This document shows, piece after piece, positions 11,404 through 22,575 of a stretch of 64,000 bases of DNA. How positions within the stretch are numbered: position 1 is the stretch's first letter; each line of letters begins with the position of its first letter. Origin of the DNA: Vicugna vicugna. Its lineage: Eukaryota. Location: assembly GCA_013265495.1 (NCBI GenBank), contig MU058065.1:7068302-7132301 (forward strand), given 5' to 3'. The notes below the pieces were generated by a model that saw only the letters and a program-made list of their open reading frames with translations, did not search any database and was not told the DNA's origin. Both the position numbers and the translations under genes were made by a program.

Positions 11404-11484
11404 CTGTGTGTGTGCACTCGTGTACGTGCGTGCATATGCATGTGCGCTTGTGTGTGCATACGTGTGTGCACGTGCGTGTGTGCA
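11404..11484. repeat. Degenerate (TG)n purine-pyrimidine alternation
   Basis: ~80 nt of TGTG/TGCA/CGTG alternation. Confidence 0.8.
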
Positions 11485-11842
11485 TTCTTGGATCAATTTG
11501 AAGATCTACCTGTGTCTTTGGGACTGTGAGTCACTGTGCAGGGCATCTTTTTGAGTTTTTCTATCACAAATTTGAAGCGCCTCCCAGGGATTCACACGCC
11601 TGCTTCCACCCCATCTGCTGTGTCCCTGACCCCAAATCTGATTCTCCCTCCACGTTGGGGAAGGCTCCTTGGGTGGCAGGCCGCCGTGTTCTCTTCACTA
11701 TGAATGCCCTGCTACGTGATCTTTGGAGGCTCCCATCCCCGGAACAGGGGCTCTGCCTTCCCAGGGGGCCTGGGCCTGCCCAGGGCTGGGCTCTAAGGGA
11801 GAAGGCGGGGTGGTTCACACTGTGTTGTCTTTCTTTCTGCAG

Positions 11843-11875
11843 GTGGATGAAGACGGAGGGAGGTGCCCCTGCTAA
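11843..11875 (+). CDS. TNS1: Tensin 1 33-nt PTB micro-exon: WMKTEGGAPAK
   Basis: ctttctttctgcag|G acceptor, CTAA|gtaagt donor. Confidence 0.96.
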   Translation: MDEDGGRCPC

Positions 11876-14013
11876 GTAAGTGTGCTTGTCTCCCGCCCCG
11901 CTGGCTGCTCTTTGTGCCCCTTGCTTGGTGGTGGGGTAGGGTGGTGGCGGAAGTGGTGCGGGAGCAGGTTTAGAATCCAGGACCAGGGGTAGGTAAAGGG
12001 CAGCAAGGGTCACTCAGCTTTGGAGAAAAACTTGACAAAGGCCCAGACTCCAGTCTTGTCCCCTGCCCTCTCCCAGGACCAGACCATCAGGGGTTTGAGG
12101 AAGTGAACAGAAGTCGTTGCGTTTTACTGAAGGTGACGGCAGTGGGGCAGGGGTTGTTTAAATGCTCTTTCCTGCAGTCCTGGCTCCCTGGATTCCCTTT
12201 CTTGCTCTCTTGACGTGGATGGGCTAGATCTCCTCTTCAGACTGAGGGAGTCTGGAAGGTCTGAATTCCAGGGATGGCCCTGGGGCCCTCTGGTCCATTT
12301 TTCCATCCATTCAGCAATTCGTAAATGCCTCCAGGGAACTCAGCTCTGGGAGGAATCAGACCAACCGGGAGGCTGACTCTGCCCCCAGGAGGTCTGACGT
12401 TGGCACAGTGAATGAGATAAATGTATAAACAGCAGTGGTTTTCAAACGGTGTTCCAAGGAGCCCTAGGGTCCTCAGGTTGCCACTGAACTGTTACGCAGG
12501 GAGGAAAACCCGGCTATGATTTGCAATTATTTATAAGGATGAATCAGGATTTTCTCAGTTAAACCAAAACATAGTATAGGAATAACCTGGGTAATGAAGC
12601 TGATATAAGGCTGTCACTGCGATCTATAATTCCACCTTTTACTTTGGTTCATCCAAACAGCCCCATTTTTTCTCACTGATGGACCCTGTAATAGGTAAAG
12701 GTTATGCTGTTGAATTGACACATTTATAGCCATAAGGACTGCTATCAGCTTTATATCTCCAGACTTCATATAAGATTGGCTTTAGAAAAAGAAAACTTCT
12801 GCTGTGTAAAAAATAAATAAATAAATAAAGCCACTGCTGAATGAGATATGTCAGGAGGGTACAGCTCACATCTGTGGTGTCGCAGAGGAGAGAGCTTCCA
12901 GGCAGGGAGAGAGTTGGGAGAGTTTGGGAAAAGAACCTATATTTAAAAATAGGTCTTAAAAACAAGTCGAAATGGGTGTGGGGGTAGGAGAGAGCTGATT
13001 TCTTGGGGGCAGGGAGGTGGGACCACAGATTGAAAGCTCCCTGAGGGCAGGACTGTGTCTGCTGTGTGGGAGGGGCTGATAAATATTTAATGAAGAAATG
13101 AGAGGGTGGAGGCAGGGAGGAGGAGAGCGAGGAGGAGCCCCAGTGAGGCTACCATGGTCAAGGTGAATGGAACTGACCAATCTCAGCACAACGAATGCTC
13201 CCTCTGGGGGTGTCCAGAGGGGCCTGTGGGATGGGGGCCCTCACCTGGCCCCAGGTCACATAACGAGTTAGCAGCCCCACCGAAAGGAGGCCCCAGCATC
13301 CAGTCCTCTCAAAGCTTGCTTCTTTTGTGCCTCAGCTCTTCCTGGGCTCACGGGGTCATTAGGGTCTCTGAGTCCCCCGCCGGAAGGCCAGAGCTCCCTG
13401 CGGGAAGGAGCTGGGAGGGGGAGATGGGCCAGGGATGGAAACGGGCTGGCCCCAGGCCTGGAAATCCCTCTCCTCATTTGGGGGCAGGTTGGGTGTTGAG
13501 CCGGCTGATGACTCGCCCTGGCAGAAGTCCGGGAGAGCTCAGGGCTGGACTGCGGTGAGGCAAGCGAGATGCCTCAGGCCCCCGATTTAAAGGGGTGCTT
13601 GTTCGTGCTCCTCTCTGCCCTTGAGGACTGAGGTTCCTCACCTGCATCCGCTCCCCCAAGCAGAGGAAGGACTTGGGCTATTGTGAGTCGGCCCTGGGAC
13701 CATGGAGCTGAAATAAACATCAGGGGAGGGCAGGTGGGCGGTGTTCAGCCTGAGAGGTTGGCCAGCTCTCCATCCTGACAGAACCTGGCACCAGCACCAG
13801 GGTGGGTGCTCTGTCATGTGGGCAGCTTGGAGCCACTCCCTCTCTCCGCCCTTATCTCCCTCCATGGCACAAAGGAGCCTGGAGAGGGGGCTCTGAGGAG
13901 TGGTCCACAGGCCCAGGCTTCCCTACTTGGGTAGACCCTTACCCCAGGCCTCTGGCTTCATTGTTCCCAGCCCCTGAAACATAGTTGGGGATAGCAAAGC
14001 CGAGGGGAGCCCA

Positions 14014-14038
14014 CTGTGTGTGTGTGTGTGTGTGTGTG
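14014..14038. repeat. (TG)n microsatellite
   Basis: Perfect TG run. Confidence 0.9.
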
Positions 14039-14841
14039 CACATGCATGCGTGTGTACATGAGTGCACGGGGTGACAAGCCAGACCCAACTTTGCTAATTT
14101 TAGCTGTTGAGGTCCAGTCCTGGGAGAGGGGTTTCCATTGGAATCTCCAGCTGTCGTGATTTCCCCATCTAGCTCTAATTAGCAACGTGCCGGCTGGGAG
14201 GGGACCTGAGCTCACATTCTGTTCTCCCCGCTCATATTTTTAACTCTGTTTTGCACAGAGAGAATGCTAGGTCACTCCAGTCCTGGTGTGGGGAGTGGGG
14301 GTTGGGGGAGCAGGTGTGGGGTCCCATCCCGCTCCCGTTCTTTTGAGCCCAGGAGAAATGTGTGCCTGTGTGGTGGGGGATGGTGGTCCCTTGTCCTTGG
14401 GTCTCCTTGACCTTCTATGGTGTCTGAAAAGGCAGGGGACATTTAATTCATTTGTTTGTGTTGTGTGTGAGAACAGTCGGGTAAGGGTGGGGCTGGGACA
14501 GGCGGAGAGAAGCTGGTCTAGGAATGTTCCATTTTATTTTTGGTCTCATCCCCACCTCTCACTGTGCAGTCTTGTCATTCACCTCCAGCACCTCCTCCCT
14601 CTGCCCCTCCCAAAGGGGAATTTCTGCTGACCCTGAACAAGTGACGCTGTCATCTCCAGGCGTGGAGGAGATAGGGTTCTTTCCTGTGCTCCACTGTCAA
14701 TACCCAGAGCGCAGTAGGGTGGGGCAAGATGGGGGAGAGAGATCGGCTGGAAGACGAGCTTGCTGTCCTGGGCAGCTCTCTAAGGCTTGGGGTTCCTCGT
14801 GCTCCCTCCTCACACCTGTCACCCCTCTCCTGCCCCTGCAG

Positions 14842-14986
14842 GCTCTTCGGCTTTGTGGCCCGGAAACAGGGCAGCACCACGGACAACGCCTGCCACCTCT
14901 TTGCCGAGCTCGACCCCAACCAGCCGGCCTCTGCCATCGTCAACTTTGTCTCCAAGGTCATGCTGAGTGCAGGCCAGAAGAGATGA
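14842..14986 (+). CDS. TNS1: Tensin 1 last coding exon: [47 protein letters not shown]
   Basis: cccctgcag|G acceptor; TGA at 14984-14986; matches the tensin-1 C-terminus. Confidence 0.98.
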
Positions 14987-17900
14987 ACTCCCTCCCCTTG
15001 CCCCAGGGCCAGGGCAGTGGGGATGGGGTGTGTGGGGAGGGGACCCATGAATCCTGACCATCCTTGAATCCAGAAGGAGGACTTTGGGCCAATTTTGGAG
15101 AAGGAGAGAAGAAAGTGTAACGTGGGGAGAGGGAAGTGAATTGAGTGGGGAGGGGGAGAGAGAAAGAAAGAAAGAAAAAGATAGAGGAGGAGAACTCGGA
15201 TTCCCCCAGGTAGATGGATACTGTGAAACCCCCCAGAGCCTCCAAAACTAACCAGATCCACCTAACTCCCCCTCCACCCTCTGAGAGGACGGAACTGCTC
15301 AAGGGAGACAGAGCCAGCTTCCTTGGGGACCCACATTTTGGGGAGAAATGGAAAAGCTCTTTCTCCCTAACCCAACTGCTTTGCAAGAAGAAATCTTGTC
15401 AAGAGAATCTTTTCCTGGCCACCTTTAGGGTAGATCACCAAACCAAAAAAAGGCAGCATGGGACATCCAGTGGCAGAACTTTTGCTTTTGAAATTATCTC
15501 AGACCCAAGGCACTTAAGGTCTCTTTGCTCTGCCTCCGATGTACAGTTTGTGTATATATGGCCATGCCCACGTCCTCACACACTGATCTGTTTGCCTCTC
15601 ACCTAGAATTATAAACAGGTGTGCTTGTCCATGTCCCCTGTGTTTGTACACACGTGTATCCTGTCCAAAGAAGGTAGAGTTGGGGAGACAGGGCAGCTGT
15701 GGGGGCACAAACCCTCTTCCCCAGGAGCACGCAGGATGATGGATAACGGACTCTTTCTCAGTCTCTGCACCTGCTCTAAAGACCTTGGGTGCTGCCAGCC
15801 CCACCTCTTCACAGAGACCCCGACAGGAGTGGGGCTGGCCATGTTGCAACGTTAGCCTTGATCTGCCTCCACCAGGAGGCTGGAGCATTGGTTTGAGGAG
15901 ATGCGGACATGTGTGTCTGTAGCCTTGGGGAAAGGATCCCTCAGGAAAGGTGGCTGTTGAGCTCCAGGCACCTTTCTCAAGGCATGCGGTCCAGCATCGG
16001 GGTGGGCAGCTTCCAGATCCGCCCCTCCTCAGCCCCTCCTTGGGTTTTGTGCCCCAGATCCGCCTTTCTCAGACTGGCTTACGTGCATGATGCCTTTTGG
16101 GGTGCCTTCCTGCTCTGCCCTGCCCTGTCTTGTCCTGAAGGGTCCCCGCTTTGGGGGCTCGTCCTGGGAAACTGCTTCCAGAAGCCCTGCTCTGCAAGGC
16201 CACAGAAGACACCCACAGTTCCCGTGCTCCCTCTGCACGGCTTTGGGGTCTGGCTTTTGCTGGGCTGCCCGGGGGAGCTGGGCAGAGCTTTGGGGGCTGC
16301 TGCCTGTGTACCACACGGCCTGTGTACGATACCAAAGCCTTGTTCTCCCCGCTTCTGCCTTGGGCTCCCCGCAGAGCCCAGCTGCCGCAGAGCAGAGAGC
16401 AGAAGGCTCACATTTAGGCCAAGGGGCCAAGAGTCCAACTGGGCTATTGGGAGCCCCCTGACCACCACCCAAGGTCTCTAAGCCGGATGGAACATCCACC
16501 AGGTCTCCGTCCTTAAGTAGCTCTTAAGCCTCTGGGCTCTCTAGAGAGAGGCGTTGTACTGATATATAAATATATATAATATATATGTGAGACATACTGA
16601 CAGAATCTGTAAGCTAATAAAATATAAGAAAAGGTTAAAAAAAAGAATAGGTAAATTGACAAGAAGTATTTATTATTTTCCCGTACTGCGTTATGGCCTC
16701 CCTGGCATAAACCAACCCCCATCCCTCTCTGTACAGATAAGTGAAGCCTGAACTGTAGGGACCTTTATCCTTGGAGCAATCGGGGGTCTCCTTGCCTTGG
16801 CCTTCGCTAGACTCTGTTTGGGGCTCAGTGGGCAGAGGGTGCAGGTGTTCCATCCCCTTTAGTTTTGGCCAACCGGGGCCCCGCCGTCAGCTCCCAGCGA
16901 TGAGAGGGGAGCTGCCCTGGTCGGTGTGAGAGCCTGCAGGGGACATGGGTGTGCGTGCTGGGCGTGGGTGATGTGTGCGTCTTGTATTATTTTCCTTCCA
17001 AGAAGCTGTGTCTGTGCGGACATTCTGTTTGAGGGAGCTGGAAAGGAGAGCGTCTGAGGAAGGCTGGGAGCAGCACCCCACCCCGTGCTTCCCAGAGGTT
17101 GAAGCCTTGTTCTTGGTGGCTGAGATTCCTTCAAAGTGCTCTTCCTTCTGAGGCCTTGACTACCCTGATTTCCCCTCTCTCATTCCCTCCCCACCCCCAG
17201 CCCACCTCTCTTCCCAGACAGAAGAGAATATTTGCACCTAGTTCCTTTGTAAATATCTTAATCTCCCACTGGACAGTCTGGGGACTCTCTCCTCCTGGTC
17301 TGGATGGCCAGGTGGAGCTTCGGACCCTTTGTGCAAATCTGGGTTCAGCCTTTGACATGTGCTTTCCCACTGCCCACCAGCAGCCCACCTCTCAGGCATG
17401 GCCAGCCCACCCCACTCAGACCTGACTGTGTGTGACTCTGGGAAGGACCCAGGAGATGCTGGGAAGCTGATCAACTCATTCTCCAGCATCCTTCTGGAAG
17501 GAGTCAGTTTCCTAGAGCTCGGCCTGTTCAGAGGAGTGATGGGGAAGGGTACCCCAGTCTCCATCGTGGCTCTGCCTCTGGGTCAGACATTGCTTGGAAG
17601 ACACCATAGCCCCCCCGTGTCTCACAGGTTAGGCCTGTGCACCCTGCACACGTGCACACACACGCACACACACACACACACACATGCATCACAGCACTCC
17701 GGTATATTCTTGCCAAAGATTTCCTTTCAAAGAAAGCACTTTTAATAATTATTGTTATTATTGTATGAATGTCTATCCTCTTTTCTCCCCACCATTTGTG
17801 CTGTCGTTTATTGTTGAATCTGTTTGTCAGCCAGGAGAGTGCAGTCTGGTTGTGAAAATGGGCTGGGGAGTGGGGGACAGGAAAGGGTCTGGGAGGACTT

Positions 17901-19610
17901 GCAAGAAGGAGCCTGGGAGGCAAGGTCAGCTTGTGGTGCAGTGACACGGAGCCCAGGCAGCCTCAGGCCCAGCGCCGGGCCCAGTCTGCCTCTCACTGTG
18001 CAGCCAGGCCTGGAGGCAGCCAGAGCCTTGTAGCCGGCCTGTTTGGTGCCTGGAAGGCAGGGGTCAGGGGAGTGACACCCCTCCCATTCAGGGAGGGAGG
18101 CCCAGTGAGGTCTGCATGGCCCTTCCCAGATGGAGTCAGAGGGGAAGACAGGGCATGGGAACAGTGGAGAGGTGACCCCAGAGGGGAAATGGGGAGGAAG
18201 TGAGCATTTGATCCAGCTCCAGGGGTGAGTGGAACGCCCCTGCCCGGCCATTGCGGTCTTCTGTCCCCCTCATTCAGCCGGGTGTCCAGGGACAGATGTA
18301 TCGCGGAAAGGCCCTGTGACCCAGGTCCTCATTGGAGCCTATCCCACAGCAACTGCAAAAGCTCCAGGGCTGCCAGGATTCCTTCTCCCCTCGCAGGATT
18401 TTTAGGGATCCTTGGGTGTGTCAGCGACTGGCAGGATAAGGGAGGGGGTACCTGATGGCCTTGTGGCCATAAGAGGGAGCAGGTGGAACAGGTGTGATCC
18501 TCAGTAAAGGGGCTCCCAGGAGGGGGACGAGGAGGGCACTCTGTCTGACTCAGATGGGCCCAGCAGAGGCCGGGCAGGCTCCTCCCGCCGCCCGGGCACT
18601 GTGGATGGTCTGTCAGTGGAGCAGCATCCATGCCCTCCCTTCCCCTGATGTCCGTCCACCAGCCCTGGCTCCTGGCTCTTCTCCCCTTTGGTCTTTCCCA
18701 GCTTCAGGATATGGGGGGATTGAGGGGGCCAATGCCCTTCCCAAGGGCTGCTGCCTCCTGCCCCTACATCTCTCCACCCTCAGGTTACTTGGAGAGGCTG
18801 AGGACAGAGTCCCCGGGCCACCTTTCACCCAGGTCCAGGTCCCGCAATCCCGAGACTGGAGTCCCCTGGCCAGTGGTAACACAGGATGTGTGCGCGCGTG
18901 TGTGCAAGTGTGGGTGTGTGTGTGCGTATTTTTGCTTGTCTCTTTAGGGAACTTAGGAGTTGGGTTGGAGGTGGTGGGCGATGGGATGTCAAGTTCACTA
19001 TCGCCCAGCGGTGAAAGGAATCAGGAGGTGAGGCCTGTAGGGCCCCCGATTTGGGGGATCTCAGTGTTGGTGAAGGTGGGGCTCCTCTGCCCTCAGATGT
19101 CTGAAATGTTGGAAGATCTCTGTTTCTTTCCCACACCTGGGCTCTTCCCAGCAACGAGGTGACTGTAGAGTAGCCCACTTTTGTTTTTAATCAGTGTTCA
19201 ACAGGTTGAGACTCTCCTGTGTGTCCATGTGTGGTTCGTGTGTGAGAGAGCACATCTATGCGTGCATGCTGTTTCCCCATTTCTCTCCTCTCTAACATGT
19301 CATTCAGAAAAAATGTAAGAAATTCCTCACCCCCACTCTCTCCTGCCTCCCAGGCCCTCTGCAGGAAAAACAGAATAACCCAGCATCTTCCCGATCCCCT
19401 GGCTGTGTGTTTATATAGATGGAAATATACTTTCTATTTTGTATCATCGTGCCTATAACCTCTGTCACCTTGTATAAACCTTGATGTATGCTACTTATCC
19501 TGGACATGAATGTATTGTACACTGATGCTCCCATTCCTGTACAGCTGCTTTGTTTCTTTGCAATCCATTGTATGGCTTTATAAATGATAAAGTGAAAGAA
19601 AAATCTGGAC
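14987..19610 (+). other. TNS1: TNS1 3' UTR (~4.6 kb; end approximate)
   Basis: Follows the stop codon; no recognised transposon up to ~19.77 kb; ends at TGTA-rich region with TATAAA/GATAAA and downstream GT-rich tract. Confidence 0.75.
17645..17685. repeat. (CA)n microsatellite in 3' UTR
   Basis: CACACACA run. Confidence 0.85.
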
Positions 19611-19634
19611 TGTTATCTAGCTGTGTTGTTTGGG
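19579..19634 (+). terminator. Putative distal poly(A) site (variant hexamers TATAAA 19579-84 and GATAAA 19586-91; GU-rich element 19621-34)
   Basis: Variant signals, upstream UGUA cluster, downstream CTGTGTTGTTTGGG. Confidence 0.6.
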
Positions 19635-19769
19635 AAGGGGCTCTGTCAGTGGGCAAAGGAGACCTCACCCAGGCTCCGGTTATGTGGTGGGCTTCAGGGA
19701 TGCCTCTGGTGGATGACTCACCCCAAGTCCTCCCCAGTGGTTTCCCCATCATCCAGGTCTTGTGTCTGA

Positions 19770-20220
19770 TTATGATGGGTTTTTCAGATTCTTTTAGCTA
19801 GAAGAGAAACTCAACTCAAAATGGTTTATGGGGGGAAAAAAAGGGACTTAGTGACACATGTGACCAAGAAGTCCAAGCAGAGCTGGCTCGAGGGGCCCAA
19901 GTGGTAGGGATTTGTCTCTGCTATTTGGTTCTGAGTTGGTTTAATTCTTAGGCAAGCTCTATCCTGAGGATGGTGCCACTGGATGCTCCAGAACATGCCA
20001 CTAGAGGCTCCGGGCTGTCATCCTACCAGTAAGATGAGAGCTCTTTTTCTCCCACTGTTTTCAACAAAGACCTGGGGCAAATGCTCATTGGCTCTGAGAG
20101 ACTGCTTGGGCTGTATGACTAATTCTGAAGCAACTGCCCTAGCTAGATCTGGGTCATGTGACTACCTCTGGAGACTTCTGAATCATGGGGACTGAGAATG
20201 GGGCAGTGGCTGGTCCCTGA
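19770..20220. mobile_element. MLT1K-like old MaLR LTR
   Basis: AGAAACTCAACTCAAA...AAGTCCA...CTCATTGGCTC...TGGGTCATGTGACTACCTCTGGAG. Confidence 0.6.
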
Positions 20221-20519
20221 AGGGGTGAGGTTTATCAGAGGACGGGGAAGTCGAGGCTGCCAGGAAAAACCCATGGCGGCCAGCAGATGGCATGTGTGTA
20301 GCTCACTTGGACACCAGGCCCAATGGTCCTGGGAGAATTCTTTGCAGTTTCGGAAGTTTGAGGTGAGGCACAGCTAACACAGTGCAGCATCCCTCAGGAG
20401 ATCTCAAATACTCATGACACAGCTGCAGCTCCCCAGTTGATCTGAGCTCAGATGAGCTGATTTGGGTGAACGTATGCCGTCTGAGACCCCCATTCAGCCA
20501 GCACAGCGAGTATCAAGGA

Positions 20520-21554
20520 CAGCCTTCTCAATGTTTGGTATTGTGAGTGAAAAGTGTTACTTGCCATATCAGTAAATAAAGGATGTTGCAGCCATCCAGC
20601 CACGAGAGCCACCTGATGGTGAGCCCTGAGAGCGCTCAGGATGGGGACAAATGGACTGCCCAATGCCAAGCCCTCAGCCACTGCAGCCACCCACATCAGT
20701 GCACCCAGAGTGGACTCAGGATGGAAGAGGACAGGACACTGGCCCCGGATAGATAAGGTGCACACCAAAGGAATGATTTCAGTGAGCCCTGACTCCTGCA
20801 TCTTTCTATACATAGTAAGGCCTTAAATCCCTTAACCCGAGATATCCGAACTTGATATTTCTTTAATTAACAGTAAGTTTTTGATGTTCTGACTACCTGG
20901 TCTTTGTTGCAAAAACTCCTATACATCCTGGCTCTTCCCCTACTTTTTCAGAGCAGCCCCTTAGAGTAATCGGACAGGCTGTCTCCCGGGCTTGAAGTCC
21001 TCAGAAAGTCCACCAAATAAAACATAATTCTCAACTTTTCGGTTGTGCACTTTTTCCCAGTCAGTGGTTTCAGGACTCCTTTATATTCTTCAGAATTACT
21101 GAGGACCCCAAAGAGCTTTTTTTTCACATGGGTTATCTCCATATTTACCATATTATTCATTAAAACTGAGATCATTTAAAAATGTTTAATTCATTCCCAC
21201 AGCAATATTAAACTCACTACATGTCAACATAGTATTTTTATGAAAAAAAATGGTATTTCTGAAACAAAAGAGATTGGGTGAGAAGGGTAACACTGTTTTG
21301 CATTTTTGAAAAGCCTCTTTCATGCCTGGCTTAACAGAAGACAGCTGGACTCTCCCGTCTGCTCCTGTGTTCACTTTGTTGTGATATCACACATATGTAC
21401 CTCCAGAAAACTCCGTTGTACACTCGTGGGAAAACGACAGCAGAAAAGACAAATAACAGCTTAGCATTATTAAGAAAATAGTTTTGACTTCACACAACCC
21501 CTGGGAGGGTCTCGGGGATCCCTGGAATCCCAGACTTCAGTCTGAGAACTGCTG
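20520..21554 (+). mobile_element. MER119-like hAT-Charlie element, split by an LTR (pieces 20520-20538 and 21064-21554)
   Basis: Termini CAGCCTTCTCA / TGAGAACTGCTG; internal CAGGACTCCTTTA...GAGGACCCCAAAGAGCTTT. Confidence 0.75.
20539..21063 (+). mobile_element. Cetartiodactyl MER41-like ERV1 solo LTR
   Basis: TGTGAGTGAAAAGTGTTACTTGCCATATCAGTAAA start; AATAAA near the 3' end; ends ...CAGTCA; imperfect 4-bp TSD ttgg/gtgg. Confidence 0.75.
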
Positions 21555-22409
21555 CTCTGGGAACAAATACACAGGAAGCACAGACCCTGCCTGGGATGGG
21601 GGAGTAGCATGCGTTGCATCCCTGCCGTGTGCCAGGCTTCTTCCCGCCCAGTCTTCCCAACGAACCCACGAAGCAGGTGTTGTTATTCCCAAGTGACAAA
21701 CACGGAGACTGAGGCTGGGAGAGTCACATGGCTTCCGACTGGCGGAGCTGGTGCTTGTCACTGCTGGCACACCTGCCAAATGCCAGAGACGGTGCTGAGC
21801 ACACGTGTGTATTTTCTCATGTGCGTGCACCCAGTGAGATAAAGGCTGCCCTTGTCCTCATTTTACAGAGAAAGAAACTGAAGTTCAAAGAGGTTCAGAG
21901 ATTGCTTGAAATCACACAGCTGCTAAGAGGCAGAGCCAGGCTATGAACACAGGCGAGCTGACCTCCCAGTCCAGGTCCTTCCTGGCTCATACCTCTTCCT
22001 CTGCACCCAGAGTTTGCATCCAAAGGGAAAGACAGACTCCTGAGTGACGGGCAGGCAGGAGAGCAAACTGATGGCATTGGTCAGATAGGGAGTCAAGGGC
22101 CAGGCAGTTGTGCTGGCTTCCTGGGGGGTGGCCCAGGTCTCCTGGTGCATGAAAGGGTAGGGCATCCTCTGATGCCACCCAGCTGTGGAGTGATGTGGAT
22201 ACCTCAGGCTGGTGCCAGGGATGAGACCGGGCCTGTGTGCTGGGTTGATCTAGCCTGTCTTTGAAGGGACGGAAGAGTGAGGCATGTTGAGGCCAGTTGT
22301 GCTCCCAGTGCCCTTAGGAGGGGGAAATGGGTTGGAACAGCAGTGGGAGGGATTAAGGAGGTGAGCGCTCATGACCCACTTTATTATATGAAGGGCCAAA
22401 GGACCCTTC

Positions 22410-22575
22410 CATTTCTTGCAAAAAATGTGGTCCCTACACTGTCAGCATCAGCATCTCCCCAGACCTTATTAGAAAGGCAGCGCCTCTGGTCCCACCTCAG
22501 ACTTGTAGATCAGAGTCTGCACATTAACAAGAACCCCAGGAAGCCTGCGTGGACACTGAAGTCTGAGCAGCCTGG
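22410..22575. mobile_element. MER5A-like element
   Basis: TGTGGTCCC...CAGCATCAGCATC...CCCACCTCAGAC...TTAACAAG. Confidence 0.7.

Noticed and set aside
14650..15261. 203-aa antisense ORF over the last exon
   Set aside because: Shadow of the coding exon plus low-complexity purine-rich UTR; no recognisable protein.
18494..19162. 222-aa ORF in the 3' UTR
   Set aside because: GTG start, GC-rich stop-poor sequence that includes a TG repeat, and no domain similarity.
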